From Escherichia coli (GTDB lineage Bacteria > Pseudomonadota > Gammaproteobacteria > Enterobacterales > Enterobacteriaceae): a stretch of 64,000 bases of DNA. The stretch's first letter is position 1, and each line of letters opens with the position of its first letter. Position numbers and translations under genes: made by a program. Under the pieces are notes generated by a model. That model did not search any database and was not told the origin of the DNA. It worked only from the letters and a program-made list of their open reading frames with translations. The DNA is taken from assembly GCF_044324875.1 (NCBI RefSeq), contig NZ_CP172185.1, one strand, 5' to 3'. Shown here piece by piece: positions 19,857-28,154 of the stretch.

Positions 19857-20140
19857 CGGGATTTTTTCAGCGCGTCAGTGACTGGATCACCTTCTGGGCG
19901 TCAGTGACGGCAACAACCATTGGTGTTATGACCATCAGCGAAAAAATTGCGCTGGCCGGGCTGCTTCTGGGGTCACTTTCCGCCATCCATGCCTGGTGCC
20001 ACCGCAGGCGTACGGAGCAGGCAATGAAGCGCCGCAATGACCTTATCGCCCGCATCCTGGCACGTTCAGAAAACCGCGAGCTTCACGACGGTGAGAGACG
20101 GGCACTGGACAGCGTGAGACAGGACGGAGAAGAGCGGTGA
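19850..20140 (+). CDS. Y: Holin, P2 gpY-like
   Basis: 96 aa with hydrophobic TM segments and charged C-terminus. Confidence 0.7.
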   Translation: MVTGFFQRVSDWITFWASVTATTIGVMTISEKIALAGLLLGSLSAIHAWCHRRRTEQAMKRRNDLIARILARSENRELHDGERRALDSVRQDGEER

Positions 20141-20682
20141 AACTGCCGGTAAAACGTTATGCGGTGGCGGCCATTGTGGCGCTGGGCGTCTCCATGGCAC
20201 CCGGTGAACTGAGAACCTCACGGGAAGCACAGATAAAAATCGCCACCCGGGAAGAGTGCCGGGCGACACCGTACCGTGATATTGCAGGAGTAATGACCGT
20301 GGGATGTGGTTCAACAGGGGGCGTGGAGAACCGGGTTTACGGAGAAAAGGAGGTGGCCCGCCGCTGGGTGAATGACCTGCGGCACGCGGAAAACTGTATC
20401 AACCAGAACTTCAGCGGTGCCGCCATGCCCCAGTCCGCCTTTGAGGCGATGACCGACGCGGCGTTCAACGTCGGCTGTACCGGCCTGATGTGGTACCGGG
20501 ACAGGAGCGGCAACCGGCAGCGCACCACCATCTGGAAGCACGCACAGGCGCACCGCTGGGTGGCGATGTGCGGGAGACTGACCGATTTTGTCAACAGTGG
20601 CGGACGCCGCTCACAGGGGCTGGTTAACCGCCGGGAGGAGTTCAGACAGTGGTGTCTTCGCGACACGGGAGGCAGCACATGA
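20137..20682 (+). CDS. K: Endolysin, P2 gpK-like
   Basis: 181 aa between holin and spanins; N-terminal hydrophobic segment. Confidence 0.7.
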   Translation: MKLPVKRYAVAAIVALGVSMAPGELRTSREAQIKIATREECRATPYRDIAGVMTVGCGSTGGVENRVYGEKEVARRWVNDLRHAENCINQNFSGAAMPQSAFEAMTDAAFNVGCTGLMWYRDRSGNRQRTTIWKHAQAHRWVAMCGRLTDFVNSGGRRSQGLVNRREEFRQWCLRDTGGST

Positions 20683-21086
20683 GACCGGTTTACGCCGTGA
20701 TTGTTGCCCTCATGGTGACCACCCTGACGGCGGCGGCCATGTGGCAGTCATACCGGCTGGGGCGTGCCGGTGAGGCACGTGACGCCGCAGAGCAGCAGCT
20801 GGGCGAATACAGCCGGGCGCTGCGTGAGTCCTCCGCCGTTATCAGCGATGCCTCCGCCGTACTGCATGAGGTGATGACGCAGCGACAGAAAAGGGCACAG
20901 GAAGGAGAAGTCAGACGTGAACAGCTTCGCGAAATTGCTGCGACGGATGAGTGCGCCGGCACTCTTCCTGACCACCGTTTTACTGACCGGCTGCGCGAAC
21001 ACACGGAACGCGCCACTGCCCGCGCCCTCCTTCCGGTTCATTCCGGCGGGACTGACGACGGGAACACGGCCCCCGCCCTTCCCTGA
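20679..21086 (+). CDS. lysB: Inner-membrane spanin (Rz-like), P2 LysB-like
   Basis: N-terminal TM helix then charged coiled-coil-like region; GGGAGG RBS. Confidence 0.7.
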   Translation: MRPVYAVIVALMVTTLTAAAMWQSYRLGRAGEARDAAEQQLGEYSRALRESSAVISDASAVLHEVMTQRQKRAQEGEVRREQLREIAATDECAGTLPDHRFTDRLREHTERATARALLPVHSGGTDDGNTAPALP

Positions 21087-21231
21087 ACACCCCACATGGG
21101 GAAATATCGGGATATGGAGCGACAGCCTCCTGGATGCACTGGAAACCTGCAACGCAGACAAACAGGCCATTGAGGCGCTGGAGCGCCGGAGACTCAACCG
21201 ACAGAACGGAGGGGGACATGCTGAAAAGTAA
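20917..21231 (+). CDS. lysC: Outer-membrane lipoprotein spanin (Rz1-like), P2 LysC-like
   Basis: Starts inside lysB in another frame; signal peptide with lipobox LLTGC; Pro-rich. Confidence 0.65.
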   Translation: MNSFAKLLRRMSAPALFLTTVLLTGCANTRNAPLPAPSFRFIPAGLTTGTRPPPFPEHPTWGNIGIWSDSLLDALETCNADKQAIEALERRRLNRQNGGGHAEK

Positions 21232-21682
21232 ATCCCTGAGCACACACATGAGTACAGCGTGCCGGTGGTGCAGGGCCAACCCGGAAAAGTTCACCGTGTT
21301 CATTGAACGTGGCGGGATAGAGACCACCGGCGAGACGCCGACGTTCGTGTACAACTACCGGCTGGTGATGTTCGTGATGGACTACACGGGCGATCTGGAC
21401 AACCTGACGCTTCCACTGATTGTCTGGCTGGCAGAGAACCAGCCGCAGTTGCTGCTTAATCCTGAGCGCAACAACGATATTCAGTTCACGGCGGCCATTA
21501 ACGACGACGACAGCGCGGACGTGCTGTTTGAGCTGCCGTTACGTGAACGCGTGCGCGTCACCCGCAGGGATGACGGCACCCTCATGACAGAACATCTACC
21601 GGAGCCGAAATCACGCATCCCGCAGGACGGCGACTGGTCACACATTCTGGAGGATGTGACGTGGAACATTGTCACCGGATAA
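21218..21682 (+). CDS. R: Tail completion protein, P2 gpR-like
   Basis: GGAGGGGGA RBS, start MLKSKS; ~154 aa. Confidence 0.7.
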   Translation: MLKSKSLSTHMSTACRWCRANPEKFTVFIERGGIETTGETPTFVYNYRLVMFVMDYTGDLDNLTLPLIVWLAENQPQLLLNPERNNDIQFTAAINDDDSADVLFELPLRERVRVTRRDDGTLMTEHLPEPKSRIPQDGDWSHILEDVTWNIVTG

Positions 21683-21739
21683 CACGCGGAGAATGTTATG
21701 GGGAAACTGAGATACCGTAACCTCGTTCCCGCTGAAGGA

Positions 21740-22354
21740 ATGAGTAACATGTTTGTCAATATCCGGCTGGCAACCAGCCCGCAGGCAGTGAAGCGCATTG
21801 CCGCGCATGTGGGTAAGGAGCTGCGGCGCGTGAACCAGAGCCGGATGCGCGCCCAGAAAGCGCCGGACGGTTCGGTGTGGACACGCCGTAAACGCCGTAT
21901 ATCACGCCTTCAGGAGCGCATCAGCTTTATCTGGCAAAACCAGAACCGCACCCTGAAAAACTGGCATCACGGTTCAGGAAAATACGGCCAGACCATCACC
22001 GGCTGGGATGAAGACCGGAGCGGCATACGTACCTTTTACCGGAGTGATATCCTCCGTTTCCTTGAAATCAGGACACGCCGCATCAACCGTGACACCACAA
22101 AAACGGTGCCGATGTTTGCGAAGCTGCGCACGGCCCGTTATCTGAAAGTGAAGGCGGACGCATCAGGCGTGACGGTGGGCTACAGCGGCGTGGCGGCACG
22201 CATTGCCCGCGTTCACCAGTTCGGGGAGCGCGACCGGGTGGCCGCAGGGATGTATACGGATTATCCGGCCCGTGAACTTCTTGGAATAACACCGGCAGAT
22301 GAACGACTTATTCAGCGTATCATTATGGACAATATCGCGAGGGCTGTGGCATGA
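21740..22354 (+). CDS. S: Tail completion/virion morphogenesis protein, P2 gpS-like
   Basis: Position between R and V; start uncertain (21698 or 21740). Confidence 0.6.
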   Translation: MSNMFVNIRLATSPQAVKRIAAHVGKELRRVNQSRMRAQKAPDGSVWTRRKRRISRLQERISFIWQNQNRTLKNWHHGSGKYGQTITGWDEDRSGIRTFYRSDILRFLEIRTRRINRDTTKTVPMFAKLRTARYLKVKADASGVTVGYSGVAARIARVHQFGERDRVAAGMYTDYPARELLGITPADERLIQRIIMDNIARAVA

Positions 22355-22932
22355 ACGCGGAATTAATGCGCCTTATCAGCAACATCATCAGAACCGGCGT
22401 GATTTTCGACGTGAACCCGCAGACCTGGGAGGTCCGGGTGCGCAGTGGCGGACTGGAGACAGGCTGGCTTCGCTGGAGCACCGCGCGGGCGGGCGCGTTC
22501 AGTGTCTGGGTGCCGCCAGCCACCGGTGAACAGGTGGCGTTCGTCTGTATCGGTGGTAATCCCGAAACCGCGATAATCATCGGCAGCCTCTGGAGCGATG
22601 ATATCCCGGCACCGGGCAGCACACTGAAGGAAATCATCATGACAGCACCGGACGGTGCGGTATTCCGCTACGATGCAGACGCCGGTGCACTGGAGGTTAA
22701 GGGGATTAAAACAGCCAGCATTCAGGCCGACACGCGCATCACCCTGGACACGCCGGAGGTGGTGTGTACCCGCAAACTTATCACCGCCACCCTGGAGGTG
22801 CAGAACGGCGGCGAGATGCGCGGCAGCATATCCCACAGCGGCGGCAGCCTGACATCCAACGGTATCACCGTTCATACGCACACCCACGGTGGCGTCAGGA
22901 CGGGCCCGGGCACCACGGGAGGCCCGCAATGA
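22351..22932 (+). CDS. V: Baseplate spike protein, P2 gpV-like
   Basis: 193 aa; position before W-J-I. Confidence 0.75.
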   Translation: MNAELMRLISNIIRTGVIFDVNPQTWEVRVRSGGLETGWLRWSTARAGAFSVWVPPATGEQVAFVCIGGNPETAIIIGSLWSDDIPAPGSTLKEIIMTAPDGAVFRYDADAGALEVKGIKTASIQADTRITLDTPEVVCTRKLITATLEVQNGGEMRGSISHSGGSLTSNGITVHTHTHGGVRTGPGTTGGPQ

Positions 22933-23279
22933 CCGCTGTTTACAGGGGGATGAACCCGCAGGGAACCGGCACGCTGAGCGACAGCGAACACCTGAAAAAC
23001 AGCGTGCGGGATATCCTGACCACACCGCCAGGCAGCCGGGTGATGCGCCGCGAATACGGCAGCCTGTTACCGGACCTCATCGACGAGCCCATGAACGACA
23101 CCACGCGTTTACAGTGCATGAGCGCCACGGTGACTGCGCTGGCGCGCCATGAACCCCGTATAGCACTGCAGAACGTCGATGTGAACTGGCGGGCTGGCGG
23201 ACGCGCCGTGGTGACGTTATCCGGCATCATCACCGAAACCATGCAGAACATCACATTCAGTATCACCCTGAGGGAGTAA
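22929..23279 (+). CDS. W: Baseplate protein, P2 gpW-like
   Basis: 116 aa; start overlaps V stop. Confidence 0.75.
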   Translation: MTAVYRGMNPQGTGTLSDSEHLKNSVRDILTTPPGSRVMRREYGSLLPDLIDEPMNDTTRLQCMSATVTALARHEPRIALQNVDVNWRAGGRAVVTLSGIITETMQNITFSITLRE

Positions 23280-23282
23280 ATC

Positions 23283-24179
23283 ATGCCTTCCGTTGACCTG
23301 TCACAGTTACCGGAACCGGCCATCATCGCGCAGCCGGATTTTGAGTCCATCCTGGCAGACATTAAAACCATGATGGTGAGCTCCTTCCCGGAAGAATACC
23401 GCGCCGCCGTCACCCGTGCCCTTACTCTGGAATCCGAGCCATTGAACATCATTTCCCAGGCCATGGCCTTTCGTGAAATGCTGCTTCGCCAGCGCATCAA
23501 TGAAGCCGCCCGCGCCTGCATGCTCAGCCACAGCCGGGGCAGTGACCTGGACAATCTGGCCGCCAACAACAACACCCGCCGCCTGGTCATTCATCCGGCC
23601 ACTGATACCACGGAAGCAGTGATGGAAAGCGACACATCGCTGCGTCTGCGTGCCCAGTCAGCCTGGGACGGCCTGAGTGTGGCCGGACCGTCCGGCGCGT
23701 ATGAGTATTTTGCCCGGAGCGCAAGCGGTCTTGTCCGTGATGCGCGCGCCATCAGCCCGTCACCGGCCACAGTCACCGTCTCCATCCTGTCAGCAGACGG
23801 TGACGGCACCGCCGGTGAGGCGTTACTGAACACGGTGCGCACCGCCCTGAATGCCGAGAACGTGCGCCCGGTTGCCGACCGCCTGACTGTGCAGAGTGCT
23901 ACCATCGTGAACTGGGTAATGGAAGCGAAGCTGTATTTTTATCCAGGGCCGGAGTCTGAACCCATGCTTGCGGCCGCTGACGCCGCTTTCCGTGCATGGC
24001 TGGCAGACCAGGGCCGTATCGGTCAGGACGTGGCCCTGTCAGCCATCACTGCAGCGCTGCATGTTCACGGTGTCCAGCGCGTTGAGGTCATAAAACCCAC
24101 GCAGAACATCACCATCAGTGACACTCAGGCAGCCAGATGTACCACATTCAGCATCAGCGAAGGAGGACGCAATGAGTGA
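23283..24179 (+). CDS. J: Baseplate assembly protein, P2 gpJ-like
   Basis: 298 aa. Confidence 0.8.
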   Translation: MPSVDLSQLPEPAIIAQPDFESILADIKTMMVSSFPEEYRAAVTRALTLESEPLNIISQAMAFREMLLRQRINEAARACMLSHSRGSDLDNLAANNNTRRLVIHPATDTTEAVMESDTSLRLRAQSAWDGLSVAGPSGAYEYFARSASGLVRDARAISPSPATVTVSILSADGDGTAGEALLNTVRTALNAENVRPVADRLTVQSATIVNWVMEAKLYFYPGPESEPMLAAADAAFRAWLADQGRIGQDVALSAITAALHVHGVQRVEVIKPTQNITISDTQAARCTTFSISEGGRNE

Positions 24180-24735
24180 CAGGAAAAAAACAGACAGCGC
24201 ACAGCACAGTACATCACTGCTTCCACCGTCCGCAGGGCCATTCATGCGCGCCACAGAGGCGACAGGAGTACGCATCAGTGCCATACCGGTGGACGCCGAC
24301 ACCCTGTGGTCGCCGGACCGCTGCCCTGCTCACCTCCTGCCCTACCTTGCATGGGCATGTTCCGTTGACAGCTGGGACCGCAACTGGCCGGAAGAGACCA
24401 GGCGACAGGTGATTCGGGACGCATGGATGATACATCGCCACAAAGGGACCATCAGTGCACTCCGCCGCATCGTTGAACCACTGGGCTACCTCATCCGTGT
24501 ATCAGAATGGTGGGAGTTTGACGGCTCGCCCGGGACCTTCACCATTGAGATTGGCACACTTGAAACCGGAGTAAGTGAAGAGCTGCATGAAGAAATGGAG
24601 CGTCTGATTGCCGATGCGCGCCCCGTCAGCCGCCACCTCGTGGGGCTTAGTATCATCCAGGAAATACACGGTGCCATTTACGCCGCTGCCGCAGGTTACG
24701 ACGGCGACATCATCACCATTTACCCGGAAGACTGA
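24172..24735 (+). CDS. I: Baseplate protein, P2 gpI-like
   Basis: AAGGAGGA RBS, start MSDRKK; ~187 aa. Confidence 0.7.
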   Translation: MSDRKKTDSAQHSTSLLPPSAGPFMRATEATGVRISAIPVDADTLWSPDRCPAHLLPYLAWACSVDSWDRNWPEETRRQVIRDAWMIHRHKGTISALRRIVEPLGYLIRVSEWWEFDGSPGTFTIEIGTLETGVSEELHEEMERLIADARPVSRHLVGLSIIQEIHGAIYAAAAGYDGDIITIYPED

Positions 24736-24738
24736 ACC

Positions 24739-26973
24739 ATGAGCACGAGAAAATTCAGAACCCTTATCACCGACATCGGGCTGGCAAAGCTGGCCGCAAC
24801 AACGGCGCCTGGCGGTAGACCTGTACGCCTTACGCACATGGCTGTAGGGGACGGCAATGGAGAGCTTCGTCAGCCGCAGAAAAACCAGACATCGCTTTAC
24901 AATGAGGTTTGGCGCCAGTCTGTCAACCGCGTCTTCACCGACCCGGAGAACCCGAACCGCCTCATCGCCGAACTGGTCATTCCTCCTGAAACCGGCGGAT
25001 TCTGGGTGCGTGAAATTGGTGTGTTTGATGATACAGGTACAATGATTGCAGTAGGAAATACCGCTGAAAGTTACAAGCCCACCAGAGAGGAAGGTTCAGG
25101 GCGGGCGCAGATATTCCGTGCAGTAATCACCGTCACCTCCGACGCCGTGGTGGAACTGGTCATGGACACAACAACAATTCTGCCGACCACGGACTACATT
25201 GATGAGAAAATGGCGGAACACGCACGTTCCCGTAACCACCCTGACGCGACACTGACAGAAAAAGGATTCACCCAACTGAGCAGCGCCACAAACAGCACCT
25301 CTGAAACACTGGCCGCCACACCGAAGGCCGTCAAGGCTGCATATGACCTTGCAGCCGGTAAAGCACCCGCCAGCCACACCCACCCGTGGAATCAGATAAC
25401 TGGTGTGCCATCAGCCTCGCTGACGGCAAAAGGCACCGTACAGCTGAGCAGTGCCACAAACAGTGAGTCAGAGACTGAGGCGGCCACCCCCAAAGCGGTT
25501 AAAGCCTTACACGATATGGTGACGAGCAAGTATACAGGACAGGATGCAACCACCGGACGCAAAGGCATCGTACAGCTGAGCAGCGCCACAAACAGCAATT
25601 CCGAAACACTGGCGGCCACACCGAAGGCAGTAAGTGATGCACTGAGCATGGCGTTCGTGAAGCCAACAACATCCCTGGGGGAAACAGACCTGAACACTCT
25701 GGGGCGTAAGGAAGACGCGGGAGATTATTACCAGCAGAGTGACTCAGGTGCGAGAACAGACAGAAACTATCCTGTAGAGAAGGCAGGAGAGTTACGCATC
25801 CGTGTTGGTGCATGGGGATTCTGCCAGCATGAATACACGAGCTGGGATCCGCCACGAAAATTTATCAGGACAGTTACCGGAAACTTTAACGGTAACGGCC
25901 CATGGTCAGAGTGGGTGGAGGTGACAAACACAGATGCAACAACTGGACGCAAAGGCATCGTACAGCTGAGCAGCGATACAAACAGCAATTCCGAAACGCT
26001 GGCGGCCACACCAAGAGCCGTCAAGGCTGCATATGACCTTGCAGCCGGTAAAGCACCCGCCAGCCACACCCACCCGTGGAATCAGATAACAGGTGTGCCA
26101 TCAGCCTCGCTGACGGCAAAAGGCACCGTACAGCTGAGCAGTGCCACAAACAGTGAGTCAGAGACTGAGGCCGCCACCCCCAAAGCGGTTAAAGCCTTAC
26201 ACGATATGCTGACGAGCAAGTATACAGGACAGGATGCAACCACCGGACGCAAAGGCATCGTACAGCTAAGCAGCGCCACAAACAGCAATTCCGAAACGCT
26301 GGCGGCCACACCAAAAGCTGTTAAAGCTGCGTATGACCTTGCCAACAGCAAAGCCTCGGCAGCCCACACTCATCGCTGGGCTCAGATCACAGACGCCCCT
26401 GTTTTTTCGTCTGTTGCCCGCGTCATCATGGGTAAACAAAGCATAAAAGATATTCTTGATTACTTTGGTTTAGGAGAAGGCTCGACGCTGCCAGTTGGCG
26501 TACCCGTTCCGTGGCCTTCGTCAAGACCACCTGAGGGGTGGTTACAGTGCAACGGTGCCGCATTCACGCGTACAAAATACCCAAAACTGGCGGTGGCCTA
26601 CCCTGACCTCAGGCTACCAGATTTGCGCGGGGAATTTATTCGTGGATGGGATGACCTGCGAATGATTGACAGGGGACGCTTATTGTTATCCACACAGGAA
26701 GCAACATATATTTGTACCGCCATACAGGCGTACCACGGCGTAGCGGGAGGTGCAGATATTCAGGCAGGGATTTCATTTGCATCACATGATAACGACATCA
26801 TAAACATAACCCCTGATCAACCCAGAACCGGTAACGGCATCCTGTACGGCACAAAACCAGTTGACAGATGGGCAATAGCCAGAGCCGGTAAGCTGGTGAG
26901 TAATGAAAAAGACAGATGGATAGCGATCAGACCGCGCAATATCGCTTTTAATTATATTGTGAGGGCAGTTTAA
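24739..26973 (+). CDS. H: Tail fibre protein, P2 gpH-like, with internal repeats
   Basis: 744 aa; conserved N-terminal domain followed by repeated LSSATNS-SET(L/E)AATPKAVKA motifs. Confidence 0.85.
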   Translation: MSTRKFRTLITDIGLAKLAATTAPGGRPVRLTHMAVGDGNGELRQPQKNQTSLYNEVWRQSVNRVFTDPENPNRLIAELVIPPETGGFWVREIGVFDDTGTMIAVGNTAESYKPTREEGSGRAQIFRAVITVTSDAVVELVMDTTTILPTTDYIDEKMAEHARSRNHPDATLTEKGFTQLSSATNSTSETLAATPKAVKAAYDLAAGKAPASHTHPWNQITGVPSASLTAKGTVQLSSATNSESETEAATPKAVKALHDMVTSKYTGQDATTGRKGIVQLSSATNSNSETLAATPKAVSDALSMAFVKPTTSLGETDLNTLGRKEDAGDYYQQSDSGARTDRNYPVEKAGELRIRVGAWGFCQHEYTSWDPPRKFIRTVTGNFNGNGPWSEWVEVTNTDATTGRKGIVQLSSDTNSNSETLAATPRAVKAAYDLAAGKAPASHTHPWNQITGVPSASLTAKGTVQLSSATNSESETEAATPKAVKALHDMLTSKYTGQDATTGRKGIVQLSSATNSNSETLAATPKAVKAAYDLANSKASAAHTHRWAQITDAPVFSSVARVIMGKQSIKDILDYFGLGEGSTLPVGVPVPWPSSRPPEGWLQCNGAAFTRTKYPKLAVAYPDLRLPDLRGEFIRGWDDLRMIDRGRLLLSTQEATYICTAIQAYHGVAGGADIQAGISFASHDNDIINITPDQPRTGNGILYGTKPVDRWAIARAGKLVSNEKDRWIAIRPRNIAFNYIVRAV
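25331..26315 (+). repeat. Near-identical ~295-bp direct repeats inside the tail-fibre gene
   Basis: 25331-25625 and 26021-26315 are almost identical at nucleotide level (offset 690 bp); shorter repeat at 25947-26015. Confidence 0.8.
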
Positions 26974-27584
26974 TGAGTAACACTGCAGTTCTGGATGAAA
27001 ACGGTATCGCCACTTTCGCAGGCGATATCACTGTATATCACTATGATGAGGAAACCCGGGAATACACCTCATCCTCTGTGGAGTATCTCGCCCTGGGGGT
27101 GGGTACCCCGGCACATTCATGCGCCGATGCCCCGCCAGAGGCAATGCCGGGTTACGTGATTTGCCGGACGTCCACGCTGGACGGGTGGGAGTATGTCCCC
27201 GATCATCGTGGAGAGACGGTATACAGCACAGAGAACGGTAATCCGGTCCAGATTACCCAACCAGGTGACTACCCGGAAGGGACAACGACAAAACAGCCTG
27301 CCACACCATGGGATACCTGGAACGGTGAGGCGTGGGTAACCGATACAGAACGGCAGCAAGCCGAAGAGCTGGAGGTTGCCAGACAGCAACGCAAGGAACG
27401 GGTGGATCAGGCGATGAAGTCCATCGACCTCATCAACCTTAAGTTGCGGGCAGGTCGCAGTCTGACACCAGAAGAAACGGCAAAACTGAATGCCGTGCTG
27501 GATTATATCGACGAGCTGAACGCACTGGATATCAGCACGGAGCCTGAAATAAGCTGGCCGGAAACACCACCAGAAATGGAATGA
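26973..27584 (+). CDS. G: Tail fibre assembly chaperone, P2 gpG-like
   Basis: 203 aa directly after the tail fibre gene. Confidence 0.75.
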   Translation: MSNTAVLDENGIATFAGDITVYHYDEETREYTSSSVEYLALGVGTPAHSCADAPPEAMPGYVICRTSTLDGWEYVPDHRGETVYSTENGNPVQITQPGDYPEGTTTKQPATPWDTWNGEAWVTDTERQQAEELEVARQQRKERVDQAMKSIDLINLKLRAGRSLTPEETAKLNAVLDYIDELNALDISTEPEISWPETPPEME

Positions 27585-27624
27585 GCGGGGAAAAGGAACG
27601 GGCATTCATAAATAATTCATCATG

Positions 27625-27652
27625 CAGGTGCCGCAAGAATGCGGCACATTAC
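27625..27652. terminator. Hairpin between convergent tail-fibre-assembly and gpU genes
   Basis: Perfect 8-bp stem GTGCCGCA-AGAA-TGCGGCAC at 27628-27647. Confidence 0.5.
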
Positions 27653-27654
27653 CT

Positions 27655-28143
27655 TCACATCAGATCATTTACGCCGCTTACTGTGGTATTCCAGACCGAA
27701 CTTAACTTCCCTTTCATTCCCGAAAGCATATCAGACACCGGCGACGAGGCCATACTCTCCCGCAAATCCTCATCACAGCGTTCCAGACTGACAGTGAACT
27801 CAATTTTTTTGGCCTTACCGTGGCGGTCAAGTTCGCTTCGCGTTGTGCGGACAGCCGTTATCACATACATGCCGTATATCTGCCCCACACCGTCAATCAG
27901 CGGCCATGGGCGACCAGTGTAAGCCTGCGTCGTTAAAAGGCTGAGGGAAACCTCACCGCCGGTAATTTCGGGATAAAGCACACCGGACAACGTGATCTGG
28001 TCGTCACCCGCCCCGATATACTGCCAGCTGGCCGAACGATTGATGCGTTCATTTTTAACGTGGCGCCAGGTTTTATTATGTTGCAGTTGTTGATGAGGCA
28101 GCGTACGCAACTCAAAAACAAACATGCCGTAAATCATCATCAT
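27655..28143 (-). CDS. U: Tail protein, P2 gpU-like
   Basis: 162 aa; recalled gpU motifs (GDDxITLxGVLYPEITGG, KPWPLIDG). Confidence 0.8.
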   Translation of the reverse strand: MMMIYGMFVFELRTLPHQQLQHNKTWRHVKNERINRSASWQYIGAGDDQITLSGVLYPEITGGEVSLSLLTTQAYTGRPWPLIDGVGQIYGMYVITAVRTTRSELDRHGKAKKIEFTVSLERCDEDLRESMASSPVSDMLSGMKGKLSSVWNTTVSGVNDLM

Positions 28144-28154
28144 GCGAGGTACTC

